The notes beneath the pieces are model-generated. The model did no database searches. It was given only the letters and a program-made list of their open reading frames with translations, and was not told the origin of the DNA. A DNA stretch of 62,903 nucleotides, filler included, from Reclinomonas americana ATCC 50394 (Eukaryota), in the NCBI GenBank assembly GCA_048213135.1. It is 21 parts of 21 records of this genome, joined end to end, with 100 filler letters (N's around TTAATTAATTAA, not from the genome) between each part and the next. Parts side by side here need not be neighbours in the genome. Positions count along the whole stretch, not along the records: positions 1 to 6,459 come from AFZH01023871.1; positions 6,560 to 9,768 come from AFZH01023872.1; positions 9,869 to 11,326 come from AFZH01023874.1; positions 11,427 to 13,022 come from AFZH01023876.1; 17 more parts are not named here. One strand, written 5' to 3'. A program made the translations under genes and the position numbers. Of this stretch, positions 1 through 12,151 are shown piece after piece. Within the stretch, counting starts at the first letter, position 1. Each line of letters starts with the position of its first letter.

Positions 1-429
1 AGTGCATGGAAGGGGCGAGTGGGTATGTCATCGCACAAGGAACTCAACATGCGTTTCGTATTCCTCGCTGTACGGCCAAGGCGGATGTACGGTACAGCAG
101 AGGGAGGGAGAGAGAGAGAGAGAGAGAGACAGCAACGCGAAACAACACTGAGAAACAAAAGCATCCCCACGCCACTCACCGCTTTCTGTCAAACGAGATT
201 GAATTGAATGGGTGACCGTTCGAAAGTTCGGTTCGCGTAATATGCAACGCGCTCACGTGCCGTGAGCCTGCGCAGCATTGGCGAGAAAGTGCCACGATGC
301 TCTGCAGCCGTCCTCTTCCTGTCCCGACATCAACAATTCAATTGCAAACATGAGCACTCCACATGGAATGATACAATGTATATCGCACGTCATCCTCCGT
401 TCTCCCTAATAATCCTACCAGGCAGTCAC

Positions 430-1915
430 TCACTCGCGAGGGGCGCCACCATCCATGCCCCACCGCATCACCTCCATGGTGCTTGTCATGACGCGACTGG
501 AGACCTCGCTCTCGCTGATGCGACGGACGGTGCTGCCGGGCATCATGGTCGACAGCCACACAGTGCCCATGCTGGTAGTCCCGTTGGAGTCGGTGGTCGA
601 CCTGAATCGGGCACACGTGTAGCGGCCGGCGGGCACTTCTATTTCATCCGCGCTGTAAACCGGGATTTGGTGAGAACGTGGGAGACGAGAGGATGCGCTT
701 GAATTGGTGGGGACACGCAACAACGACTCGATCTCTGTGAGCGCGGTAGTGCGCGAGCCCGCCGTTGAGGTCACTATCAGTCGGCGCACAGGCAGGTGGC
801 ACCCAGTGACAAATTCCTGCGATAGCAACACGAAAGATGAGAAGGGAGGACCGGAAGGCGACAATGTACTCGCCCGCAACGGCCGTGTGCTCCGTCACAG
901 CGAGTGCACGACTGCCGTCGGCGCCCTGCGCACACGATGATGACGATTATGAAGGAGGCACCAGACAACGACTGTCTCCACAAGCTCACATACCGGCGCG
1001 TCACTCGCCGAGGCTCCGACAACTGGATTTCGATGCAACATAAGTAAGGTGAGAGGGAAAGGAATGTGCCGACGCCACGCAACGTTGCGGATTCTTCACC
1101 GCGTACTCGCGCAATCTGGCAGAGCTGAGCGGACCCAACTTGTCACCCTCTTCGTCATCGCCGTCGTCATCAGCACCGTCGGTTGATTCGGTCGACTTCA
1201 TGGCTGCATTACAATGGGGTATAAGAAGGGAGAAGTGCGGAAGGGCGCAGGAGGACGACATGCAACTCTGATCGATTTTCTGCGTGCGGTAGGTGATCCC
1301 GTCCACTTCAATCGTTCCGTAGCCGATTACATTGCGCTGTGAACCGGGATGCGCACCGAGCTCCAGTGGCATTGTGGTCTCGTGATCCTGCACACGCTCG
1401 CGCGATGAGAACTTGAGCAGGATGTTGACGGAAAGAGAAATACGCTGCTGGCGAGACACACCCTTTTCACGGCAGTGGTTCCGCTTCGCACCGACGTCTG
1501 TGTGGCCACGTAAGTGAGAGGGCACCAAGGCAAGAGAGGCAACAGAATGTGAACCTTGTAGGCGCGCTTGTTGCAACCCACGAATGTGGTCGAGATCATC
1601 GTGTCCTTGGTCATGGTGGCCACGCGAGTTTGGACTGTGGAGTAGAGGGAGAAGGGAAAAGGGGGAAGGGAGAAGGGAAAAAGGGGAAGTGATTGGGAGG
1701 GGTGAAAAAAGGGAAGGGGATGAGAGGGGGTGAAAAAAGGGAAGGGAATGGGAGGGGAGAAGAAGGAGAAGGGAACGGGAGGGGAGAAGAGGGAATGCAT
1801 GGAAGGGGCAGTGGGTATGTCATCGCACAAGGAACTCAACATGCGTTTCGATTTCGCATCTCCACCCAGGATCCACGCGGCCACGCCACCCACGCGTGAT
1901 GCGCACCGGGCTGCG
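430..1915 (-). CDS. C-terminal beta-rich domain exons of the Clu gene (bacterial-like EIEVPAG motif)
   Basis: Exons encode HHAWVAWPRGSWVEMR, GTIEVDGITYRTQKI and DEIEVPAGRYTCARF...WLSTMMPGSTVR, ending at a stop at 430. Splice phases are compatible with the upstream 2090-2240 exon. Confidence 0.5.
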
Positions 1916-4900
1916 ATATGATAAGCACACAGAGAAAAGAAAGGAACGCAAAGCATAACCAATCACCACTGCACTTCCTTCCCTGTCCGTGGGATACAGC
2001 AAGTGCGCTGGACGTGGAGAACTCATGAGCAGCAGGGAAACCAGAATAGTGACATCTTCTCGACGCAACGGTATTCAACCTCCAGTGACTCACGCACCAA
2101 ACTCTGCGAGCCATCAGCACTGCCACCCACAGCAGGTGGAGCGGCAGCAGGTGCTTCCTCGATATGCAGCAGGTGCTCTTGCGTGGAGAACGAAGCCACC
2201 GCCTCATCCATGTTCATGAATCGAGACACTGAGCAATGGTGTGTGTCAGAGCAGGATGCAATCGCACGTGTGCAGGGAAGAACGCACCCTCCGAGACAAA
2301 CGATCGCTCCGCTGCATCGCTCAGCTGCTCTGCAATTGCCTCACGCGCAGCTCCTTTGCCGTACGCTAAGAGGGGATTAGCGCTGCCGCCATTCTCAAAA
2401 AAAGACGAAGGACTCTCACCGGCGGTGTGCAAGCGGACGTGGCGCTTCTGTGACTCTTGCTGGCGCTTGAGGGTGCTGCCTTCCTCATTCGCCCTGCGGA
2501 AGCGATCTGCAAACTGCATGAATGTTGGATTGGCCTCGCCGAAGATGGCCACCATGCCGGCCTGCGATGTGAAAGGGATGATGAAGGTGAAGCGGGGGAG
2601 GAGTATGGGGGGACGGGACGCGTGAGAACGGAATGGGGAAAGGGTTATAGGAAGGAAAGCCGGGGAAGAGAGACACACACACACACCTCGGTCGACGGCA
2701 ACACAACCGCGTTCAGGAGGTTGAAGACGTCGGCGTAGTAGGGCGACATGCTGAATTTCATGTCGAGCTTGAAAAGCATGCAGGCGAGTCGGTTGGCCAT
2801 GACGAGCATGAATGGGTGACCGCGGCGATGCACGGTGGTGGGGCGTCGTTGTAGGGCGCGGGGTTTGACCATGCCGGTGAGGCCTGGAAGGGGGAAGGGG
2901 GAGGAAAAGGGAAGGGAGGTAAGGGGAAAAGGGGAAGGGGGAAAGTGGGGAAAGTGGGGAAAGTGGGGAAGGGGGAAGGGAGGGTTGGAGGGTGGAGGGT
3001 GGAGGGTTGGAGGGTGGAGGGTGGAGGGTTGGAGGGTGGAGGGTGGAGGGTGGAGGAGTGGAGGGTGGAGGATGGAGGGTGGAGGGATGGAGGATGGAGG
3101 GTGGAGGATGGAGGATGGAGGATGGAGGATGGAGGATGGAGGATGGAGGATGGAGGATGGAGGATGGAGGATGGAGGATGGAGGATGGAGGGTGAGAGAG
3201 TCGATGAGAGAGGGTGAGAGGGTGGAGGATGGAGGGTGGAGGATGGAGGATGGAGGGTGGAGGGTGGAGGGTGGAGCGAAGGAAATTTGAGGCAGAGCGC
3301 TCGAAAAGAGAAGAGAGAGAGAAAGAGAGAGAGAGAGAGAATGCAAATGAAATCCTGTGGACGCGCACAAATTGGCGGAGAGCAGCAGCGTAAACATCTC
3401 TGTCGACCGATGTATAACGTGATACACGCAAATCATGAAAGACAAACAAAGACACTCGCTGCTGATGACACCAATCGCAAAAGCGAGCAACACGACTATC
3501 AAGCGGGACTGGCGCTCATATTCTTTGCTGTCCACACATCTCACCGTACATCCATTGCAAGACTTGTGGAATCTCCTCGCCCTCCTCCACAAGGTAGAAG
3601 ATCTCGGTTCCGAGTCCGTACGCCCCACGCAGCTTGCGCATGCCCATCTCGTAGTGCTGTGGCGTTGTGGATGCATATGAGTTGTGAGTGGAGAAGAGGG
3701 AAGGGCGACGCAGAAGAAACAACAAGGACAGAGATGGTGACTGAGAGTGAAAGCGCGATGAACGAAAGAACATAAAGCAAGGAGGTGACTGAGAGAAGGG
3801 ATACCGTGATGAGTTGGAGTACCTACGAGACCAAGTGAACCACTGCCTCGCATGCCACACGAGATAAAGATGAGAGAATTCTCTCTTGTGGCCAACAAGG
3901 GAGATAATCAAGGATTGTACAGGTGAGACGAGAGAATGGCGAGAGAACTAAAGTCGACGTGCACAGAAAAAAACACGAGTGTATCCAAGGCTGCTGTCAC
4001 GTACTTTGGAGGCCTCAAATATCCTGCAAGAAGAAAGAGCGAGTGAGACAAACATGACAAAATCGCCATTTGCATGCAGGATAGAACGCAACCGTCCCAT
4101 CGCCTCAAGCGCCAATCCAACATGCTGCCAGGAGAATGCGTGACTGAATGAAATGCGACGTGACAAGTACAACAATCAAACTCACATAGTGAAACACGCT
4201 GTATACAAAAATGAGAATGAGAACAGAGAACAGGCACCGCACAATCGCACCAGCACGCAACACTGGCTCATCGGGGGAAATGAGAACGGCACGTTCGCAC
4301 ATGCCGTGTGCCTGGAACAGTGCCGCCATAGCGAACTCGTTCTCGCCGGCGTCTAGATGCAGTTTGGCCAGTCGGTAGAGACAGCGCACAATACGGGAAC
4401 TGCTGGCTGCGTAGGCGGGGCCCTCAAAGTCGTGCAGCAATTGGAGCTGCCGATGAAAGAGGACATCAGCAAGGAAGCAGTGATTGAGAGAGAGAGAGCT
4501 ACAAGGCTCACCACTGCAAACTCGGCAGCAATGCGCGATTCGGTGGTCTCAAGCGCAGAGAATCGTTCGTGAATGATTTGCTGCAACTGCTCGTCGACAT
4601 CGTAGTCGTGGTCCTTGGTCACCTGTGGGTGCGTGGAAGGATGAGGGGACGGAGGTGAAAGGAAGGGAGGGGGAAGGGAGGGGGAAGGGAGGAGGAAGGG
4701 AGGGGAAAGGAGGGAAGAGAGTGGAGGAGAGGGGAGAAGAAAGTAAAAAGGAGAAGCCGGGAGAACGCAGGAGAACAAAGGAAGACAAAGGAAAACAAAT
4801 GAAAACAAAGGAAAACAAAGGAAAACAAAGGAAAACAAAGGAAAACATAGGAGAAGGAAGGAGAACGAAGGAGAGCGAAGGAGAGCGAAGGTAAACGGAG

Positions 4901-7900
4901 GAGGACAGAAGAGAACGAAAAAGAAAGAAGGTGAGCAAAGGAGAAGGAAGGAGAAGGAAGGAGAAGGAAGGAGAAGGAAGGAGAGCGAAGGAGAGCGAAG
5001 GAGAGCGAAGGAGAGCGAAGGTGAACAGAAGATAACGAAAAAAGAAAGAAGGTGAGCAAAGGAGAAGGAAGGAAAAGGACGGACAGAGAGGAGGAGAAGG
5101 GAGAGAAAGGAAGAGATGGGAAGTGAAGGGAGGAGAGGACCAAGAAGGAAGTTGGCGCGTGAGAGAAGAGATTCATAAAGAGCGAGAGCGAGCGAGAGCA
5201 ACAGAGGGAGCAAGAGATTGCGACCTCACAGTCGATCACGCAGCCACAAACCGGAATGATGTCAACAAGGTCGTCGAGTGTCACCACCTCGGGAGACGAC
5301 AGCGAAGCAAGAGATGTGAAGCGCCCTTGCGTTTCGCTGGAGAAGATGATGCCTGTTTCACACCAGGCGATGAGAAAGAAGCATATTCCCCAGCTCGCAT
5401 GGGATGACATACCGGTCTGCAGTTGAAGCGACTGGAACAACACTTGAACCTACAACAGAGTATTGTGAGCAGATATTCGTCTTCCTGAGCAAGCTCACGC
5501 ACGAACCTGAATCAGTGTCCGCATATCGTAGAACACGGTTTGCTGACGGTCCTCGATTGAAAACAATGCACCGTCGATCGCGAATCGTCCCCACTTGTCG
5601 AGAACGAAGCAAGGGAGCTCGATGCGCCAGAAGCGGTCACTGTTCGAGAGAGTAAGGATTGTAACGTGAATGCGACTGAGCGTGGAGACGCAACGTTGCG
5701 GGCGAGCGGCCAAACACCTTGTTGAAGAACATGATGATCTCGGTCTTGTACGCCATGTCGTCGGCGGAGGCGATGGAGCGCAGCCGACTGCGCAGCAGGT
5801 TCTTCAGCGTGCGAGTGACCATGTCGGTGAGCAAACTGGCGGGGAGGAGAAGAAGGGAGAGAATGAGTGCGACGACAGAGGTGCATGCGGCAAGCCAAGA
5901 TTCACATCATGGACGCCATTGGCGCTTTCTTGCTGTAGGCACGCACTCGAGCCATGTATCGAATGTTGATGCCGCTGGCGTGGAGGGTGGAGCTAGCGGG
6001 GGAGCAGGGTGAGGTGTGTTAATGTGATGGCGGAGAGAGGGAAGCGAAAGGAACAAACCTGATTTGTCGCGGGTTGGTGACTGTGAGCATACCTATGGCC
6101 AGTTTGGTGCCGACTTGGGGGATGATGTCATTGAGGAGCATGTCGCGAGCGCGGAGTACCTGGCGTGGAGAGGAAGAGGTAAGGAGACAAGAAAATGAAA
6201 GGAATGAGAAATGGGGGAAGGAATAGGGGAAGGAAAAGGAACAGGGGGAAGAAGGAGGGGGAAGGAACAGGGGAAGGAACAGGGGAAGGAACAGGGGAAG
6301 GAACAGGGGTAGGAACAGGGGAAGGAGAAGGGGGAAGGAGAAGGAGAAGGGGGAAGGAACAGGGGAAGGAACAGGGGAAGGAACAGGGGAAGGAACAGGG
6401 GAAGGAACAGGGGAAGGAACAGGGGAAGGAACAGGGGAAGGAACAGGGGGAAGGAGCAGNNNNNNNNNNNNNNNNNNNNNNNNNNNNNNNNNNNNNNNNN
6501 NNNTTAATTAATTAANNNNNNNNNNNNNNNNNNNNNNNNNNNNNNNNNNNNNNNNNNNNGGAGACAGGGGAAGGAACAGGGGGAAGGAACATGGGAGAGA
6601 GAAGGGAAGAAGGAAAGCTCTGAAACGGAAGGTGCAACGAGAGATGCGACTGATGTCCAATCGTAAAGAACCCTTGTCTCACAGGCGCGAAAAACAACAA
6701 ACTCAACGTACCTCCGCATTGTGCTCATCAGCATTGTCACGGCCGAATCCAGTGAAGGCGTCGGAAGAGAGTGGAACGGGGCTCTGCTTGACGAGTTCTG
6801 GCCGCATCAGCTGACACAAGTGTGCTCCACGCAACCTATCAAGCAGCGTGTCACTTGAAGCGAGTATCACAAGAGGAGAGCAGAGAGTAGAACAACACAC
6901 ATCGAGGAAGGAGCACACAGAGAGAGAGAGCGCGCTATTTACAATCTATGCACACCGTCGGAAGAGCAACACATCACCGCGACATCCCCGATACCCGTTG
7001 CAAAAGGCAACAATGGACTCGTTGACAATGGTTGCGTCGGCTTGAAAGAAGGCCACCTGTCGCCTGCCTGTGTCAGCGACGCGGCAAATGGATGAATTGA
7101 GGCTGCAGACTGACCGTGTGCACATCAATGATGATGCGGGAGACACGGGCGCCCAGATGCTCGGTGACCAGTGAGTGCAGGTCGTTGGTCTCGACAGGCA
7201 GGATTTCGATCGATTGTGTTCGTGGCAGCGGAACGAAGAGGGCGACGAGTTCCTCTGTTTATCGCGAATTGAGAGATGAGATAAACATGAGTGGAGGGAT
7301 ATGCAAGCATAAACAAACCGCCTTGTTGGAGTGGCAGTGGTGGCATGACACGCGCAGTGTCCAGGACGTACAGGCGACCATCTGGGTGGGAAAGGGGGGA
7401 ACAGGAGAGAAAGGGACGGAAGATGATTAATGACACGAAAGTACGAGGACAGAACCAAGGCTGCCAGTGAGGGAAATGGAAAGGTAAGAGCGAGACGCAT
7501 CTCTCTGTTGTCTCTCTGACAAGCCCACATATCAAACGCATTAGAAGATCGAGGCAAGAGTGTGCAGCAGGGCTGAAAGACTGGATCAAATCACTGAACC
7601 CTGCCCGAAGCGCACTCACCATCGCCACGATGTACTTCGATATCGCACGGCGCACAGAGCGGAGCACCGGCATGGCCAGCGCGGTGCTCCTTCAGATTCA
7701 TGAAGCTACCGGCTTGCTGCATCAGTGGTGCCACTTGCGGGTCGCACTGCACGGAACGGCCGCCGTCGTTGGAGCCATAGAGAGGTGGAGAGCCGCGGGG
7801 AAGTGGAAGGACGGCGGTGGCCAGCACTCGCCAGCCGCGGTAGTCGACTGATTGGTGAGGGAGGAAGGGGTGAGAGTGGGGAAAGATATGGAAAAGGCTG

Positions 7901-9768
7901 AGAGAAGAATACAGAGAGAGACAGAGAGAGACATAGAAAGAGGGAGAGAGATAAAGGGAGGAGATAGAGAGAGAGAAAGAAAGGAGAGAGAGAGAGATTA
8001 AGGGAGGAGAGAGAATGCGTGCGTAAGAGAGAGAAAGGGAGAGAGAGAGGGAGAGACGGTCAAAGAGAGATGTGTGCGGGGGAGAGACAGGAAAGGAGGG
8101 GGTCAAAGAGAGTGAGTGAGAGAGGGAGAGAGAGGGAGAGAGGGAAAGAGGGAGAGAGGGAGAGAGATAGGAAAGAGCAGAGAGAAAGAAATGAGCAGGA
8201 GTCGGTATTGAAGTGGTTGTCACGGTACGACTATTGAGGAGGATTGAAAGAAGTTGGGAGGCAGAAGAAAGGAGAGAGAAAAATGAGCCAAGATCCAAGG
8301 GAGCGCGACGTAGAGACAGGGTAAGAGTGGTGCAGAAGAACTGCAAAGACGTACAAACTTGTAACAAGTGTAACGGCAAAGATGAGGACATGGATGTAAA
8401 CAGGGCAACCGACAATAGCAGTCAGCGCAACTGAGGGTGATCAGCGGAGCGCGCAGCTCGGGAATGTTGCACTTGAGGTACTGCTGCATGCCGCGCATCT
8501 CGTGCGAGGCAGCCTGCGCGAGGGCTCGTTCAGAACGCAAGCAGATTACCGTTCAGCTCTCCGTCTCACCTTCATCGCATACTCGACACTTCCGTACAAG
8601 CCGCTGGAGTCGGTGACCACCTTGAGGAAGACGCCGTCCACAATGTACTGCACGAAAAGATATCAGTAGCCAGCCTTGCACTCATAAAAATCGTCTGCAT
8701 AGGAATACCTTCTCGCCACCGGCCACACCACCGACACCGGCAGCAGTGTGGAGCGTGCGCTGGGCCACCGGTAGTGCCATTTCGCGGATGATTTGTCGAG
8801 CGGCACGTTTCGCCGTCTCGCGGAAGGCGTTAACCAGGCTGCGCATGCGACAGAGGCGTGTCATTTTGTCGGCGGCGGTGACCAGCGGTGAGTCGAGGAT
8901 GGACTGGAACTGCGATAGGAGAAGAGGGTGACGGTGGGGAAAAGGGAAGAAGTTGAAAGATTCTCATTCACATGACAAACCTCAGCGTTCCAATCCATTC
9001 CGCCAGCTGGCAACGGGGCGGGAGAGGAAGACAGAGATGACGTAGCGTGCTCGTAGTAGGGGCTCACGGAGACAATGACAGAGTCGGCTGTGTGCGCGAT
9101 TCGTTCGCCGGCAAATTCAATCACTGGAATGCACTCGCCAGTGAGAGAAGGTGATAGAGATAAGAGACAGAGGCGGAGACAGGGTGTGAGGATAGGTGAG
9201 AGGAGGCACGGAGACAGGACCAGTGGCAGAGACAAGAGACAGAGGAGGAGACAGGGTGTTAATACAAGAGGGAGGAGACACGAAGATCGGATAGTGACAG
9301 AGAGATGAGACCGAGGCGGAGACAGGGCAGCAACGAGCGGTGCGAAATGAGCCAAGAGATGAAACACCTGGAGTGGGTCGTGAGATGGATGAGGAGCCAG
9401 ATGCCTCAGGTGCCGCTACGGGTTCTGGTGCGGCGACCACGGTCGGCGTCGGTTCTGCAAGACGGCGATGAGAACCAGTCGGCGGTGATGGAAACGGTGT
9501 ATGAAAACCTTCGTCAACAGGGGCAGGCTGTGCTGCTCGCGTTTCCGCTTCCCGCACCTCCTCAATGACGACGTCCAGTTGTGCCAACGATTCAGCGAGC
9601 GAGGCTTCCACTTGCCTGTAGTTAGAGAGGAATGAAGAGAAAGTGATCGTGAGCCAAGACGATGGGAACAGCATAGCGATAAGCGGGAGAGAAGGAGAAT
9701 CACACAACTGCTTCTGCTCGGCAAAGTACTCCTCGACATCTGCAGGTGCCTCTCCGTTGTGATCGGCA
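430..9768 (-). CDS. Large multi-exon eukaryotic Clu-domain protein (5'-truncated, spans the 6460-6559 gap)
   Basis: Spliced exons give Clu-family motifs in order: DWNAE|FQSIL, GGVAGGEK|YIVDGVFLK, AASHEMRG, LITL|IDYRGWRVLA, YGSNDGG, CDIEVHRG, LYVLDTARVMPP, LMRPELV..PLSSDAF..EHNAE. After the gap come VLRARDMLLNDIIP, LHASGINIRYM, MVTRTLKNLLR and VFGRSPAT|DRFW, then a helical TPR-like part at 4240-4440. The Clu core (5200-9000) is well supported; continuity to the stop at 430 is less certain. Confidence 0.75.
2990..3275 (+). repeat. Intronic 7-bp microsatellite (GGAGGAT/GGAGGGT)n
   Basis: Long, directly visible tandem run within a purine-rich tract from 2885 to 3340. Confidence 0.95.
4640..5140 (+). 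repeat. Intronic polypurine tract with 10-bp tandem units (GGAAAACAAA, GAAGGAGAGC, GAAGGAGAAG)
   Basis: Visible tandem units and a duplicated block AACGAAAAAGAAAGAAGGTGAGCAAAGGAGAAGGAAGG at about 4914 and 5034. Confidence 0.85.
6241..6590 (+). repeat. Intronic 12-bp minisatellite (ACAGGGGAAGGA)n flanking both sides of the first gap
   Basis: The same unit ends contig 1 and begins contig 2, which explains the assembly break. Confidence 0.9.
6460..6559. other. Artificial 100-bp contig spacer (first of 20)
   Basis: N44-TTAATTAATTAA-N44, giving stops in all six frames. Identical spacers start at 6460, 9769, 11327, 13023, 14193, 16224, 19832, 21693, 30305, 32947, 34648, 36336, 39307, 41535, 42761, 49651, 51775, 54717, 58690 and 61506. 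Confidence 0.99.
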
Positions 9769-9868
9769 NNNNNNNNNNNNNNNNNNNNNNNNNNNNNNNN
9801 NNNNNNNNNNNNTTAATTAATTAANNNNNNNNNNNNNNNNNNNNNNNNNNNNNNNNNNNNNNNNNNNN

Positions 9869-10113
9869 GTCCACGCGCGCTGCTCCGTCGCCCCCTCGAT
9901 GATGAGGCCGTGTTCGAGGAGGCTGCGCGTGACGCGCGTGAGGCTGGCTCGCGAGACCCCGAGGCGGCGAGCGATCTCCGCGCGGGGGAGTGGACCGTGG
10001 ATCAGGACCTCGCGCAGCGTCTCGCGCTCTCCGTGGTTCAGTCTCGGCCACGCGGTGGTCGCGGCAGGAGGGGGTGCGGAGCTCTTCGTCATCGCAGTTC
10101 TCTCTTCGTTCAT
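9869..10113 (-). CDS. ROK-family transcriptional regulator, N-terminal HTH (3'-truncated)
   Basis: LREVLIHGPLPRAEIARRLGVSRASLTRVTRSLLEHGLIIEG; divergent from a sugar ABC gene. Start is at 10113 or 10092. Confidence 0.8.
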
Positions 10114-10144
10114 CCCCATCATGCCGTAACGAAGAATTCCGAAG

Positions 10145-10186
10145 TTAGTTTCACTTGTTGACAAACACGCCCCGCGGCGGCAATCT
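10145..10186 (+). promoter_or_regulatory. Sigma70-type promoter and probable ROK operator
   Basis: TTGACA (10158) - 17 nt - CAATCT (10181), overlapped by the AT-rich dyad GTTTcacttgttgacAAAC in an otherwise very GC-rich contig. Confidence 0.55.
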
Positions 10187-10259
10187 AGGTGAGCCGGCAT
10201 TGTGACCGGTCCCGATGCCGGAGACAGTCCGGCGCACACAGCAATCAAAGGAGATGTTG

Positions 10260-11326
10260 ATGCGCACTCATCGACCGCTTGCCGCCGCCGTGGCGGGTCT
10301 TGCCATCATCGGTGTCGCCGGACTGGCCGGCTGCTCAGGTTCCGACGCGAACAGCGACGGTCCCGTGCAGCTCGAGTACTGGGCGTGGGCCTCGAACTCG
10401 CAGGACGTCGTCGACCAGTGGAACAAGGAGAACCCGGACATCCAGGTCAAGTACACGGATGCCGGAGGCGGGACCGACTCCTCGGCTAAGCTGCTGACCG
10501 CCAACCGTGCGGGGAACGCGCCGGATGTCGCGCTCGTCGAGTACACGACCCTTCCCGCCATGATCGTCGCGGATGTTCCCGCCGACATCACCGAGTACGT
10601 GGGCGATGTCGAGGATGCGTTCACGGAGGGCACCTGGGCGCAGACCACCTTCGGCGGCGTCGTGTACGGCATCCCGCAGGACGTCGGGCCGATGGCGAAC
10701 GTCTACCGCGCCGATCGGTTCGAGGAGCTCGGGGTGACTCCGCCCACGACGTGGGCGGAGTTCCGCACGGCCGCCGAGGCCGTGAAGGCTGCCGATCCCG
10801 CGACGGTGATCGCCGCACTCCCGCCTGCCGAGTTCGGATTCTGGGCCGGCGTCTCCACCCAGGCCGGTGGGCAGTGGTGGTCGAGCGAGGGCGACGAGTG
10901 GACCGTCGGCATCGCCGACGAGCCTTCGCTCGAGGTCGCCGACTTCTTCCAGGCGCTCGTCGAAGACGGCCTGGTCAGCACCGACCCGCTTCTGACGCCG
11001 GAGTACAACGCGGCGCTGAACAACGGGACGATGCTCTCCTGGCCCTCCGCCGTCTGGGCTCCCAGCGTGATCGAGAACGTCGCGGCCGACACGAGCGGCG
11101 GGTGGGCGATGGCTCCGCTCCCGCAGTGGACCGAGGGCGACGCGGCCGTGCCGTACCAGGGCGGATCCGCACTCGTGGTGACCACGAGCAGCGACCACCC
11201 CGAGGAGGCGGCGAAGTTCGCCAAGTGGCTGAACGCCTCGGAAGAGGGCAACGAGCTCATGATCAACACGCAGTCGCTCTACCCGGCGGCGATCGTCGGC
11301 CAAGAGATGACCGAGAGCAACGACCC
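10260..11326 (+). CDS. Carbohydrate ABC transporter substrate-binding lipoprotein (3'-truncated)
   Basis: AAGGAG RBS, signal peptide with lipobox LAGC, and motifs AGNAPDV, YGIPQDVGP and GGSAL. Confidence 0.92.
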
Positions 11327-11426
11327 NNNNNNNNNNNNNNNNNNNNNNNNNNNNNNNNNNNNNNNNNNNNTTAATTAATTAANNNNNNNNNNNNNNNNNN
11401 NNNNNNNNNNNNNNNNNNNNNNNNNN

Positions 11427-11875
11427 ACGTGCCGCTCGGCAACGGGATGACGGGCGGCTCCTGGACCGAGCTGCTGCATGCCGAGACCGCCGAGGTCGTC
11501 GCACGATACGGGTCGGGTCCTCTCGCGGGAGTGCCGGCCATCACCCGGCGCGAGCTCGGGGAGGGGAGCGCGACATACGTGTCGACGAAGCTCGAGCAGG
11601 AATCGCTGGATGCCTTCCTCGCCGGTGTCGCATCGACGGCCGGGGTGGAGGCGGTGTTCCCGGAGTCCCGCGCGTTCGGAGTGGAAGCGATCAGGCGTCG
11701 TGGAGCGGAGGGGGACTACCTCTTCCTGCTGCACCACGGCGAGCGGCCGGTGCGCGTGGGCGGTGCGGGGGTGGATCTGATCTCCGGTGCGGTCGACGGT
11801 GTCGTGCTGCAGCCGGGGGCGGTGGCGGTGATCCGGGAGGGCTCTTCCGCATGGTCGATTGAAGAGGCTGTGTGA
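11427..11875 (+). CDS. GH42 beta-galactosidase C-terminal region (5'-truncated)
   Basis: WTELLHAETAEVVARY..LAGVPAITRRELGEGSATYVST..YLFLLHH matches the GH42 trimerisation and C-terminal domains. Confidence 0.8.
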
Positions 11876-11934
11876 TGTGACTCCAGCTACATCGACCTCG
11901 ACCGCCGGTGACGCCTTTCTCCTCTCCCACACGT

Positions 11935-12143
11935 GCTCTGCTCGACCCGGCGAGGGTACGCCCGACGATCGCCTCCGCGGATTCCCGCTCGGCGGCTGGG
12001 GGGACGCCGGATCGGTCGAACGCTGACGTCGACCCGTAGACGTCAGCGGTATCGAAGAAGTTGATGCCGCACTGCAACGCCTCGCCGACGACGGCATCGG
12101 GATCCTGGGAACTCGGGGCGACACTGAACGTCGTGCTGCCCAA
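11935..12143 (-). pseudogene. Aldo/keto reductase fragment
   Basis: LGSTTFSVAP..EALQCGINFFDTADVYG..SAEAIVGRTLAG. About 70 codons, lacking both ends, in mid-contig. Confidence 0.75.
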
Positions 12144-12151
12144 GTGCGGGG

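Noticed and set aside
2214..5443. Long Pro/Ser/Leu/Phe- or Gly/Arg/Glu-rich ORFs in the ORF track (also 31097-32011 and 35154-36260)
   Set aside because: They are translations of low-complexity intronic tracts that lack stops by composition.
6504..6515. Recurring TTAATTAATTAA as a biological repeat or CRISPR-like element
   Set aside because: It is always centred in 88 Ns and is a six-frame-stop linker.
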